A stretch of DNA of 35,921 nucleotides from Verrucomicrobia bacterium UBA2970 (GTDB taxonomy: Bacteria; Verrucomicrobiota; Verrucomicrobiia; Limisphaerales; AAA164-E04). Below the pieces are notes generated by a model that saw only the letters and a program-made list of their open reading frames with translations, was not told the DNA's origin and made no database searches. Below are positions 28,007 through 35,921 of the stretch, one piece after another. Position 1 is the stretch's first letter; each line of letters begins with the position of its first letter. The DNA is taken from NCBI GenBank assembly GCA_002348345.1, contig DEAY01000334.1:1-35921 (forward strand). Reading direction: 5' to 3'. The position numbers were made by a program, and so were the translations under genes.

Positions 28007-28954
28007 TCAACCGACCTTCTCGACTGCAAGATGCTCCCGATGATTCGTCAAACGAATCACGTTCGCGGTCACCTCACGACAAAGTCCAACAAACCGCTCC
28101 TCGCTCATATTCAGGGGCCGTTTCCGCCAACTCAGCAGTCCCCACTGCCGACTCAGTTGCCGGCGCCCCAAGGGAAGCGCAACCAAACTCCCAGACTCAA
28201 CCTCTTCCTGGACGACCCAAGGCGCCATGATACTCACCCCAAGACCCAGCTTTACGAGTTCCTTGATCGCGTCCATGCTCCCGAACTCGATGAGCGTGTT
28301 CAGCGCGATTCCATCACGTCGAAAAAACGATTCAATCATTCGAAAGGTTTGGCTCCCCTTGTTGTAGAGAACAAATTTCTGCTTTGAAATCTGGCTTTGC
28401 ATGACATGTCCCGAACGAGCCCATTCATGATCGGGGCTCACGATGAACTTCAGCTCATCCGTAAAGAGCGGTTGAAATGCCAGCTTATCAAGCAGATCGG
28501 GTTCCAATGTGATGGCCAGATCAATTCGATTGCTCTCCAGCAATTCCACGGAATCCGATGCATCCGCTGGTTCAATGGTGATCAGGCAATCGGCATACTC
28601 CTCCTTAAACCGACGCAATACAGAGGGAAGGATATACTGGCAGGTGGTACTGCTCGCCCCGATTCGAATCCGAGAGTAACCCCATTTGTTCAACTGGCCT
28701 AGAGATTCTCGGGCCGAACTCATTTCGTTCAGAATTCGCTTCGCATAGACCAACAGGGTTTCACCCGCCTGAGTGAGCAAGACTTTCTTGCCGACACGAT
28801 CAAATAAGCGACATCCAACCTCCTGTTCCAGAGCCTTCACGGAATGGCTCACGGCGGATTGAGACAGACAAACTTCTCGCGCCGCGTTGGTAAACCCTCC
28901 GGTGCGCGCGAGAGCTACAAATGTTCTCAGTTGTCGACTGTCAAGCGGTTGCAC
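28007..28954 (-). CDS. LysR family transcriptional regulator
   Basis: HTH FTNAAREVCLSQSAVSHSVKALE, LTQAGE, and a substrate-binding domain (IKELVKLGLGVS). Confidence 0.96.
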   Translation of the reverse strand: MQPLDSRQLRTFVALARTGGFTNAAREVCLSQSAVSHSVKALEQEVGCRLFDRVGKKVLLTQAGETLLVYAKRILNEMSSARESLGQLNKWGYSRIRIGASSTTCQYILPSVLRRFKEEYADCLITIEPADASDSVELLESNRIDLAITLEPDLLDKLAFQPLFTDELKFIVSPDHEWARSGHVMQSQISKQKFVLYNKGSQTFRMIESFFRRDGIALNTLIEFGSMDAIKELVKLGLGVSIMAPWVVQEEVESGSLVALPLGRRQLSRQWGLLSWRKRPLNMSEERFVGLCREVTANVIRLTNHREHLAVEKVG

Positions 28955-29325
28955 AATGATTCGGTATTCCTTTCTTAGCTCCTCGCTTTCCTATGAGCAG
29001 GTGAGAGGCCAGAACAGCAAATCCGATCGAGGAAACAACCGCTCTTCTTCATGACCCAAACCCGATGCAATCTAAAATCCTAATGGTCAATGAATTAGGG
29101 AGAAGAAAGCTATGTCAGTTAGACCACCCATGAGCCGGCGAAGCCGTAAGGCACGCCATCAAACACCAACGCTTATGATCAAAAGAAACCAACCTGTTCA
29201 TTTCACAACAACAGGCACGGAGAACAGGGATCCACTGGATCGATTCGGTGATTGATTGCAACATGACCCCGGTCCGGTTTACCCGGGACCACCGGAGCCA
29301 CTTCTCCAGATTTCGAACGGACCCA

Positions 29326-30759
29326 CTAGCCCTTCACAGTCCGCAACTGCACCGTATCCAAGACTTCCCCTTCAAGGAGTACGTTCATGATGACCACCAA
29401 TTGCTCACCCACTGAAACATTCTTCCGCAATAGCAGGACGGAGAAGGCTTCATCAAGAACGGATTCGGGCTCTGTTTTCAAAGGCATAAAGATCGGCTCG
29501 ACACCCCACAGCAAGGCCATTTGATGGTAGACCGTTTCTTCGTCGGTAAACGCGTAAACCGGGCTTCGAATCGGACGCAACAACGAGAGGACCCGGGCCA
29601 GATATCCGTTTCGGGTAAAGACAACGATTCCCGCCCCTCCCAAATCCTCCGCCAACACGACGGCGGATCTGAGGATTTTCGACTTGGCGCTCTTCAGGTG
29701 AAGCTGCTCATTGTGGGCCACCTCGATATTGCCCTCGATGCTCTCGATGGTACGTGCCATGATCTCGACACTCTTTACTGGGTATGCGCCTACCGTCGTC
29801 TCCCCCGAGAGCATCAGGCAGTCCGCCCCTTCATTCACCCCATTGGCGACATCGGTGATTTCGGCACGGGTCGGAATCGGAGAGGACACCATCGATTCCA
29901 GCAGATGAGTCGCGATGATGACGGGACGCCCCACCATCAAACAGAGATTCACGGCTCGGCGTTGAATGATGGGAAGCCGCTCGAAGGGCATCTCGATTCC
30001 CAGATCCCCACGCGCAACCATGAGGCCGTCCGAGGCTTTGATGATTTCTTCGAGATTGGCGATCGCACTTTGATCCTCAATCTTCGCGATGATCCGAGAC
30101 GAGCTCCCACGGTCGCTCAAGAAACGTCGCATGAGGTCGACGTCATCTGCCTGCCTGACAAAGGACATCGCAAAGTATTCGACCCCCAATTCAATCCCGA
30201 ACTGAGTGTCGATGCAGTCTTTCTCGGTCATGGAGGGCAACCGCGTGGTGATCCCCGGTAAATTGATATGGCGACGACTCCCCAGCACACCGCGGCTGAG
30301 GACTCGGCAATGGAGGACGCTCCCCTCGCGCTTCTCCACGGTCATTTGAATCAAACCATTGTCGATGAGAAGCGTCATCCCAGGCATCATATCGCCGGCT
30401 AGGCCGGGGTAATTCGTCGACACCACAATCCGGTCGGATTGAGCACGATACCCCGGAGCCTGTGCCTCAGGACAAACGATGACTTCAGCCCCGGGCTCAA
30501 GAGTAATCGGAGAATCCAGAGGTCCCGTCCTCACTTCCGGACCCTTGATATCCATCATCAAGGCCACCGGCTGGTTCAACTCACCGGACACACACCGAAG
30601 TCTCTTCACCAGATTCCGACACCACTCATGACTCGCGTGTGCCATATTCAACCGACACACGTTTCCCCCCGCCTCAAGGATCAATCTCAACTGCTCGGTT
30701 GATTCCGTGGCAGGCCCAACGGTAAAGATGATTTTGGTGTGCCGAAACATTGATTTCAT
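29326..30759 (-). CDS. pyk: Pyruvate kinase
   Basis: TKIIFTVGPA, RLNMAH, DIKGPE, AKIE, VARGDLG, PTRAE, MLSGET. The start is 30759 or 30750. Confidence 0.97.
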   Translation of the reverse strand: MKSMFRHTKIIFTVGPATESTEQLRLILEAGGNVCRLNMAHASHEWCRNLVKRLRCVSGELNQPVALMMDIKGPEVRTGPLDSPITLEPGAEVIVCPEAQAPGYRAQSDRIVVSTNYPGLAGDMMPGMTLLIDNGLIQMTVEKREGSVLHCRVLSRGVLGSRRHINLPGITTRLPSMTEKDCIDTQFGIELGVEYFAMSFVRQADDVDLMRRFLSDRGSSSRIIAKIEDQSAIANLEEIIKASDGLMVARGDLGIEMPFERLPIIQRRAVNLCLMVGRPVIIATHLLESMVSSPIPTRAEITDVANGVNEGADCLMLSGETTVGAYPVKSVEIMARTIESIEGNIEVAHNEQLHLKSAKSKILRSAVVLAEDLGGAGIVVFTRNGYLARVLSLLRPIRSPVYAFTDEETVYHQMALLWGVEPIFMPLKTEPESVLDEAFSVLLLRKNVSVGEQLVVIMNVLLEGEVLDTVQLRTVKG

Positions 30760-30913
30760 TGGGACGCCTTTCCGACCGGTCAGGACCGCTTGATTTCGCA
30801 CCAATCGCATTCACAACGCAAGACCTCGCGCAAGGAATGCGTTGAGTTGCCCCCATTCCAATCCGATCCCAAGGCCGGGGGAGGGTTGGATGGCATTGGG
30901 GACAGCGGCAAAT

Positions 30914-30931
30914 CTGGTACTGCTCCTGCTA
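30914..30931 (+). promoter_or_regulatory. Putative sigma54 promoter facing the VTC operon
   Basis: CTGGTACTGCTCCTGCTA: GG (30916-17)-N10-GC (30928-29), close to TGGCAC-N5-TTGCW. Confidence 0.5.
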
Positions 30932-31168
30932 ACATTTTTGAAACAAGAACAAACGACCAGAAATAGAATGGCGTAACCCCATGGCGACAGGGACAATCGG
31001 TCGCCATTCCATTCAGGCCAAAGGAAGAGGATTTCCGGGCAATCGGGACCCCGATCCCCTATTTCTCTGTGGACTTGACACACGAGCATAAGGTAATCGA
31101 CACTAAAAGTTTTCCAAATCCTCGGAAAGTGGGCAATTTGAACGCCGGAGGGTTTGATTCCGACAACC

Positions 31169-32020
31169 ATGGGACCTGACAAACTACAAGCTCAACGATT
31201 TGAGTTTAAATACATCATTTCCGAAGCAACCGCGCTTGCCATCCGGGAGTTTGTACAGGGCTACCTCGTGCTTGATGAGTTCGGTTCCACCCAGCCCAAT
31301 CTTTCCTATCCCGTCCATAGTCTCTATCTCGACTCGCCTGATCTGAAACTCTATCAGTCGACGATCAACGGCGATAAGAACCGTTACAAGTTGCGCCTTC
31401 GATTCTACGAGGATCGGCCGAATGCCCCGGTTTATTTCGAAATCAAACGGCGGGTGGACAATACAATTTCAAAAGAACGGGGTGGCGTGGATCGCGACGC
31501 GGTCGACTCGATTCTGGCAGGCCAGCTTCCGTCTGATGATCATGTGGTTTCCAGGGATCCAAGACAGCACCAAGCCCTTCGGACTTTCTGCCGCCGGGTT
31601 TCCGCACTCCAAGCGATTCCCATCGCCCACATCGCCTACCTGCGAGAAGCTTGGATGAGCGCTCACGATAATTCGGTGCGGATCACGATTGACCGCCGTG
31701 TCCGTTGCGAGCCTGAACCCACCGCCCAGCTTACCACCCGAATGCAAGACGCCGTTGATGTGTTCGGGGACTATCTTGTTCTTGAGCTCAAATTCACCAA
31801 CCGATACCCCGATTGGTTTCGAGAGCTAGTTCGGGTCTTTCACCTCGTTCAATGTGGAGCCGCCAAGTACGTCGATGGCGCCACACTCGTCGGAACGAGG
31901 CGCCTTACCCATCCGGGTTTCTTCAACGATCCGGCAGCGCATCGCCAGGTTTATGCGCCCCTCAACCAACGGTCCCACTTGACCCGCCGGGAGCAGATTT
32001 TGTTGGCCGCAGCGAGCTAG
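31169..32020 (+). CDS. VTC domain (polyphosphate polymerase-like, CYTH/TTM superfamily) protein
   Basis: RFEFKY (ExK), SLYLDSPD, RYKLRLRFY, FEIKRR, YLREA, RITID, LELKF, terminal KY. Likely start is ATG 31169. Confidence 0.9.
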   Translation: MGPDKLQAQRFEFKYIISEATALAIREFVQGYLVLDEFGSTQPNLSYPVHSLYLDSPDLKLYQSTINGDKNRYKLRLRFYEDRPNAPVYFEIKRRVDNTISKERGGVDRDAVDSILAGQLPSDDHVVSRDPRQHQALRTFCRRVSALQAIPIAHIAYLREAWMSAHDNSVRITIDRRVRCEPEPTAQLTTRMQDAVDVFGDYLVLELKFTNRYPDWFRELVRVFHLVQCGAAKYVDGATLVGTRRLTHPGFFNDPAAHRQVYAPLNQRSHLTRREQILLAAAS

Positions 32021-32026
32021 ATCAGC

Positions 32027-32710
32027 GTGAACTGGATTCAGAATGGCGATTTTGGCACGATGCCGACCAACGTGCCGTTGATGTTTCTCGGGTTGCTCCT
32101 CTCGTTCCTCTGTGGCCATGGCATCGCCTGGGTCTATATGCTGACTCACAGCGGACTCTCCTACTCGAGATCCTTTGTCAATTCCCTGATCGTGATGCCA
32201 GTGATCGTTTCCATGGTCATGATGGTTCTCTCCAACAATTTGGTCACCGCCTTTGGGTTGATGGCTGTCTTCGCAATCGTTCGATTCAGAAACATCCTCC
32301 GGGATACCCTGGACACGACCTACGTCCTCTCCGTCATCGTGATCGGGATGGCATGCGGAACCATGAAGTTTGCCACCGCGGTCATGGGCACCCTTCTGAC
32401 GGGCGGCATCATGCTTTATCTCTATTACACCGCTTTTGGCTCCCGACATCGCTATGACGTCATTCTCAATCTCCATTGGGGACGCCCCCTAACCCAAGTG
32501 GAAGAACTGGATCATCTCTTGAATCTCTACGCCCTCAGGAGAGACCGCGCCAGCCAACGGGGTCTGGAGGGACAGGAGGGGACGGATCTGTCCTATCGTC
32601 TCCTGATGAGAGATCCCGATACACTGGACCAAATGATTGCTGAAATTCGAGAAATCAACGGGGTTTCCCGCGTCACCGGGTTATCCGCCGAATCTGAATC
32701 TGAGATCTAG
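32027..32710 (+). CDS. DUF4956 family membrane protein
   Basis: About 4-5 hydrophobic segments, AFGLMAVFAIVRFRN motif, IGMACG, a soluble C-terminal domain; directly follows the VTC gene. Confidence 0.85.
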   Translation: MNWIQNGDFGTMPTNVPLMFLGLLLSFLCGHGIAWVYMLTHSGLSYSRSFVNSLIVMPVIVSMVMMVLSNNLVTAFGLMAVFAIVRFRNILRDTLDTTYVLSVIVIGMACGTMKFATAVMGTLLTGGIMLYLYYTAFGSRHRYDVILNLHWGRPLTQVEELDHLLNLYALRRDRASQRGLEGQEGTDLSYRLLMRDPDTLDQMIAEIREINGVSRVTGLSAESESEI

Positions 32711-32711
32711 G

Positions 32712-33809
32712 ATGTCATCCCGCCAGCCCATTCCCGTTCCCCCAAGACTCAAGTGGCGAGAGTTCCGCTATCGGGTTCTGCCCCTCCTGACGCTCGGCGC
32801 GACCTCGATCGCGGTGGTCAGCCTCTGGTTCGCGCAGATTAAGAAGCCAAGCCTTGTCGGCCGGGCAATCGCTCACAAGGCCAACGTGATCACTCCGGTC
32901 TCGGGAAAGATTTCATCCCTCCACGTCGAGCCCTTTCAACCGGTGTCGCAAGGCGACGTGGTCGCGGTGGTTGAACCCATCGGGATTCGGAACCGACTCA
33001 GCTCGTTGCGCTTGGAAATCGATCTGATCCGGGGCCGAATCGAGCCGGTCGCCGAACGAAAACGCAATGCCGTCAGTTACTATCGGCTTAGGCTCGAGTG
33101 GCTTCAACAACGGGTGGCGCTGGCGGCCTCGAAGGTGAACCTCCAACGCGCCCAGAACGAACTTGCGCGAGATGGGAATCTCTTCAAGGCCCAGGTCCTT
33201 TCGGCCGACCAGTTTGATCAAACGCAAAAGAGTGTCGCCGCATTGGTGGCTGAAGTGGAAGAAGCCTCAAGCCTGGTGCAGGAGCTTGGGGAAGCATTGG
33301 CCGGACTTGAATCTCTCGACGCCCTCACCAACGCCGATCCCTTGAATGAGGAATTGCGCACCGCCATGACCGCCCAAGAGGATCAACTCAGGGAAATTGA
33401 ATCCCTCTCTGGACCCTACGCGCTCGTCGCGCCCATCTCCGGCAAGGTCACCCAAATTGACCGCGTCATGGGGGAAACCATTCTCGACGGCGACCGTGTC
33501 CTCTCCATCACCGCTGAGGAACCCACTCAACTCATCACCTACCTGAGATCACCCGATGCCGATTCCCTGCAAACCGGTCAGACCGTGCGAGTCCAAACCC
33601 GAGGGAACGACCGCCGCATCGCCAACACTGAGATTAAGGGAATCAGCCCCCAATGGGAATCCCTCTCCGGCGGCTTGAATGCCGCGCTGACTCAAAATGG
33701 AATTGACGTTGACCTTGGGCTTCCCGTCCTTCTTACCGTTCCTTCCGAACTACAGCTTCGCCCCGGTGAACTGGTTGACATTTTTCTCTCGACGACGGAA
33801 CAACCTTAA
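32712..33809 (+). CDS. HlyD-family periplasmic adaptor (membrane fusion protein)
   Basis: N-terminal TM, lipoyl half-motifs TPVSGKI...VSQGD and APISGKV...GE, a long coiled coil, and terminal LRPGELVDI. Confidence 0.9.
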   Translation: MSSRQPIPVPPRLKWREFRYRVLPLLTLGATSIAVVSLWFAQIKKPSLVGRAIAHKANVITPVSGKISSLHVEPFQPVSQGDVVAVVEPIGIRNRLSSLRLEIDLIRGRIEPVAERKRNAVSYYRLRLEWLQQRVALAASKVNLQRAQNELARDGNLFKAQVLSADQFDQTQKSVAALVAEVEEASSLVQELGEALAGLESLDALTNADPLNEELRTAMTAQEDQLREIESLSGPYALVAPISGKVTQIDRVMGETILDGDRVLSITAEEPTQLITYLRSPDADSLQTGQTVRVQTRGNDRRIANTEIKGISPQWESLSGGLNAALTQNGIDVDLGLPVLLTVPSELQLRPGELVDIFLSTTEQP

Positions 33810-33919
33810 TCGGAAGGGACGAAAACGGGCATCCCCGTCCACCCCCACCACCGACCTGGAATGGTTTGAGAGATAGTTCCTGACAAGCCACCAGTGGGTC
33901 GCGTATCAATACCCCGTCA

Positions 33920-35107
33920 ATGGCGACGTCAAATTGTAGAGTCGATGCGTATCTTGAGGGGTTTGAGATCCAGTCCATCCGGGACTGGCTGTGGAACCAT
34001 CGCGCCGCCTTCTCCCATCCCACCATTGACCTCGCGATGGTTTTCGTTTCGCCGGATTTCGCCGAGCACTCCGGCCTACTCCTCTCGCTGATTCATGACG
34101 AAATCAATCCAAAACAAGTGATCGGATGCAGCAGCCCATCCTTGGTCAGCAACGATCGGGAACTTGAGAACACCAGCGGATTCACCATCGGCTTGTTCCA
34201 TCTCCCGGACACCGTTCTCAAAACCATTCGGTTCGATCAACGCGAGATCGAACATGCCGATTCATCCTCCTACTGGTGCGACCGACTTTCCACCGACTCC
34301 AGCAATGGATGGATCGTCTTTGCCGATCCCTTCCACATGAATCTGGACACCTGGTTGAAACAATGGAATCAAGCCCTCCCCGGCATCCCCATCCTCGGAG
34401 GGCTGGCCAGCGGCCGTCCCGGAGTTCATCAAACCGAACTCTATCTGCAAGATCAGGTGTTCACGCAAGGAGGAGTGGGGCTCTGCCTCGAAGGCAAGAC
34501 CAGGATCCAAAACGTGATTTCTCAGGGATGCACTCCGATCGGCGAACCTTGGATCATCACCAAGAGTAGCGACAACGTTCTGGAGGAGATCGGAAACCGA
34601 CCCGCCTATCAAGTTCTCCTCGAAACAGTGAACGAGCTGCCCAAGAATCTGGTTCAAGAGGTTCAGGGTAATCTGTTTCTGGGATTGGTCACCAACGAAT
34701 ATGCGGAGGACTTCAATCGGGGCGATTTCCTGGTTCGAAATCTTCTCGGAGCGGACCCGGATTCCGGACGCCTCTCGGTAGGGGCGCTCCCGAGGCTCGG
34801 CCAAACCGTGCAGTTCCAACTCCGGAGCCCAAACGCAGCCGACGAAGACCTCAAATCGCTTCTCAGGGAAGCACGCCTCAAAACCAAGACCGAACGAGTC
34901 CTGGGCGGCCTCCTCTGCACATGTAACGGGCGGGGCCAACGCCTCTTTGGTGCCCCCCATCACGATGCCCAAGAAATCATCAACGCCTTTGGTTCCATCG
35001 GCCTGATCGGCTTCTTCTGCAACGGCGAACTCGGTCCGGTCGGAAACCAGAATTACCTTCACGGATACACCGCATCGCTTGCCCTCTTTACCGCTCCGGC
35101 TGATTAA
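33920..35107 (+). CDS. Stand-alone FIST (N+C) sensor domain protein
   Basis: IGCS, ILGGLAS, SQGCTPIG, FLVRNLLG, CNGRG, GFFCNGELGPVG...LHGYT. Confidence 0.92.
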   Translation: MATSNCRVDAYLEGFEIQSIRDWLWNHRAAFSHPTIDLAMVFVSPDFAEHSGLLLSLIHDEINPKQVIGCSSPSLVSNDRELENTSGFTIGLFHLPDTVLKTIRFDQREIEHADSSSYWCDRLSTDSSNGWIVFADPFHMNLDTWLKQWNQALPGIPILGGLASGRPGVHQTELYLQDQVFTQGGVGLCLEGKTRIQNVISQGCTPIGEPWIITKSSDNVLEEIGNRPAYQVLLETVNELPKNLVQEVQGNLFLGLVTNEYAEDFNRGDFLVRNLLGADPDSGRLSVGALPRLGQTVQFQLRSPNAADEDLKSLLREARLKTKTERVLGGLLCTCNGRGQRLFGAPHHDAQEIINAFGSIGLIGFFCNGELGPVGNQNYLHGYTASLALFTAPAD

Positions 35108-35125
35108 TCCATTCCCGATCGCCCC

Positions 35126-35743
35126 ATGCCCGCCAACCGGTCAAAACGCGAACCCGTTAGCCTTTTCCAACCTCGCTCCTATTTCGAGGTCCTTCCCTTG
35201 AACGAGATCTTTCCATCGCCCGCCCAAGCGACTGAAATCGAGATTGGCTGCGGGAGCGGTTCCTTCCTCGTCGACTATGCGGAACAGAATCCCGATACCA
35301 ACTTCCTTGGCATTGAACGGCTTCTCGGCCGAATCCGGAAACTCGATCGGAAGATACAGCGAAGAGCACTGTGCAACGTGAGGGTCCTGAGGGTCGAAGC
35401 CGGATACGCGGTCCAATACCTCCTACCTCCCAAAAGCATTCATGCCTATCATATCTACTTCCCCGATCCATGGCCGAAGAAAAAACACTGGAAGAACCGT
35501 CTCGTCGCCCCGGGCCTGATTCCCATCCTGATGGCGAGCCTCAAGCCCAAGGGAATGGTTTACTTACGCACGGATAACCAAGGCTATTTCGAGCAGATGC
35601 TGGAAACCTTCGAGAGCGCTAAGCAATTCCGGCCCATCAACGCGCCCGATTCCCTTACGACCATCGAGACGGATTTTGAAAAAACCTTCCATGAGCAAGG
35701 CATCCCCACCCTGAGGGCCCAGTACCAGTTGAGCTCCAGCTGA
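35126..35743 (+). CDS. trmB: tRNA (guanine-N7)-methyltransferase
   Basis: EIGCGSG, FLGIE, FPDPWPKKKH..NRL, RTD, TDFE. Confidence 0.96.
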   Translation: MPANRSKREPVSLFQPRSYFEVLPLNEIFPSPAQATEIEIGCGSGSFLVDYAEQNPDTNFLGIERLLGRIRKLDRKIQRRALCNVRVLRVEAGYAVQYLLPPKSIHAYHIYFPDPWPKKKHWKNRLVAPGLIPILMASLKPKGMVYLRTDNQGYFEQMLETFESAKQFRPINAPDSLTTIETDFEKTFHEQGIPTLRAQYQLSSS

Positions 35744-35921
35744 GCTGAACCCCAGCGCATACCGAACGGACCCGATCGCCGCTACTCCTACCGGCTGTGC
35801 CAATCATTGCGAACCCAGCACTCCTGCCGAGGGTTCAACGCCCCGCAGGGGGACGAGTTTCATCCCCGCTGGCTGGAGACCCATCGGCTCCTGATCGCGA
35901 CCTCTCTCGACTCAAGCCCGC

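Noticed and set aside
28955-29325. tRNA, riboswitch or CRISPR in the larger intergenic gaps (also 16257-16567, 26150-26371)
   Set aside because: I could recognise no cloverleaf/T-loop, known aptamer core or regularly spaced repeats by eye. An Rfam scan was not possible.
30981-31091. 36-codon ORF in the VTC leader (MATGTIGRHS...)
   Set aside because: It has no recognisable motif, and its start lies inside the hairpin. It cannot be distinguished from chance.
29326-32020. Functional link between pyk (ATP regeneration) and the divergent VTC operon
   Set aside because: Adjacency is the only evidence, and pyk is a housekeeping gene.
35744-35921. Possible 3' end of a minus-strand gene at the right edge (…GDETRPPAGR*, stop at 35835-35837)
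   Set aside because: Two frames are open for 20-29 codons and neither has a motif, so it cannot be assigned.

Overview
This is a GC-rich bacterial chromosomal segment. Gene content and protein style suggest Verrucomicrobiota, probably Pedosphaerales/Limisphaerales; this is inferred, not searched. Most of it is housekeeping: rnc, msrB, a TPP-dependent 2-oxoacid dehydrogenase E1alpha/E1beta/E2 trio, hom-thrC-lysC, tolC-like + aas, argJ-argB-argD-argF, signal peptidase I, an M23 peptidase, LysR, pyk, FIST and trmB. I found no tRNA/rRNA, CRISPR array or mobile element. Four things stand out. (1) A tightly coupled operon of a VTC-domain (polyphosphate polymerase-like) enzyme, the DUF4956 membrane protein and an orphan HlyD adaptor, behind a sigma54-like promoter; it is a candidate polyphosphate synthesis-and-export machine. 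(2) A gene the ORF track breaks up at 11495-12442: a thioredoxin-like/PDZ selenoprotein with an in-frame UGA (C-I-P-U-D-A-C) and a SECIS-like hairpin, apparently decaying (extra TAA, extra TGA, probable internal deletion). (3) A 1315-aa secreted protein of five alternating Ig/Calx-beta units that displays four variable C-x9-C-Y loops. (4) A stand-alone SecD-head-like lipoprotein in an envelope cluster. All family assignments come from motifs recognised by eye; no database search was run.
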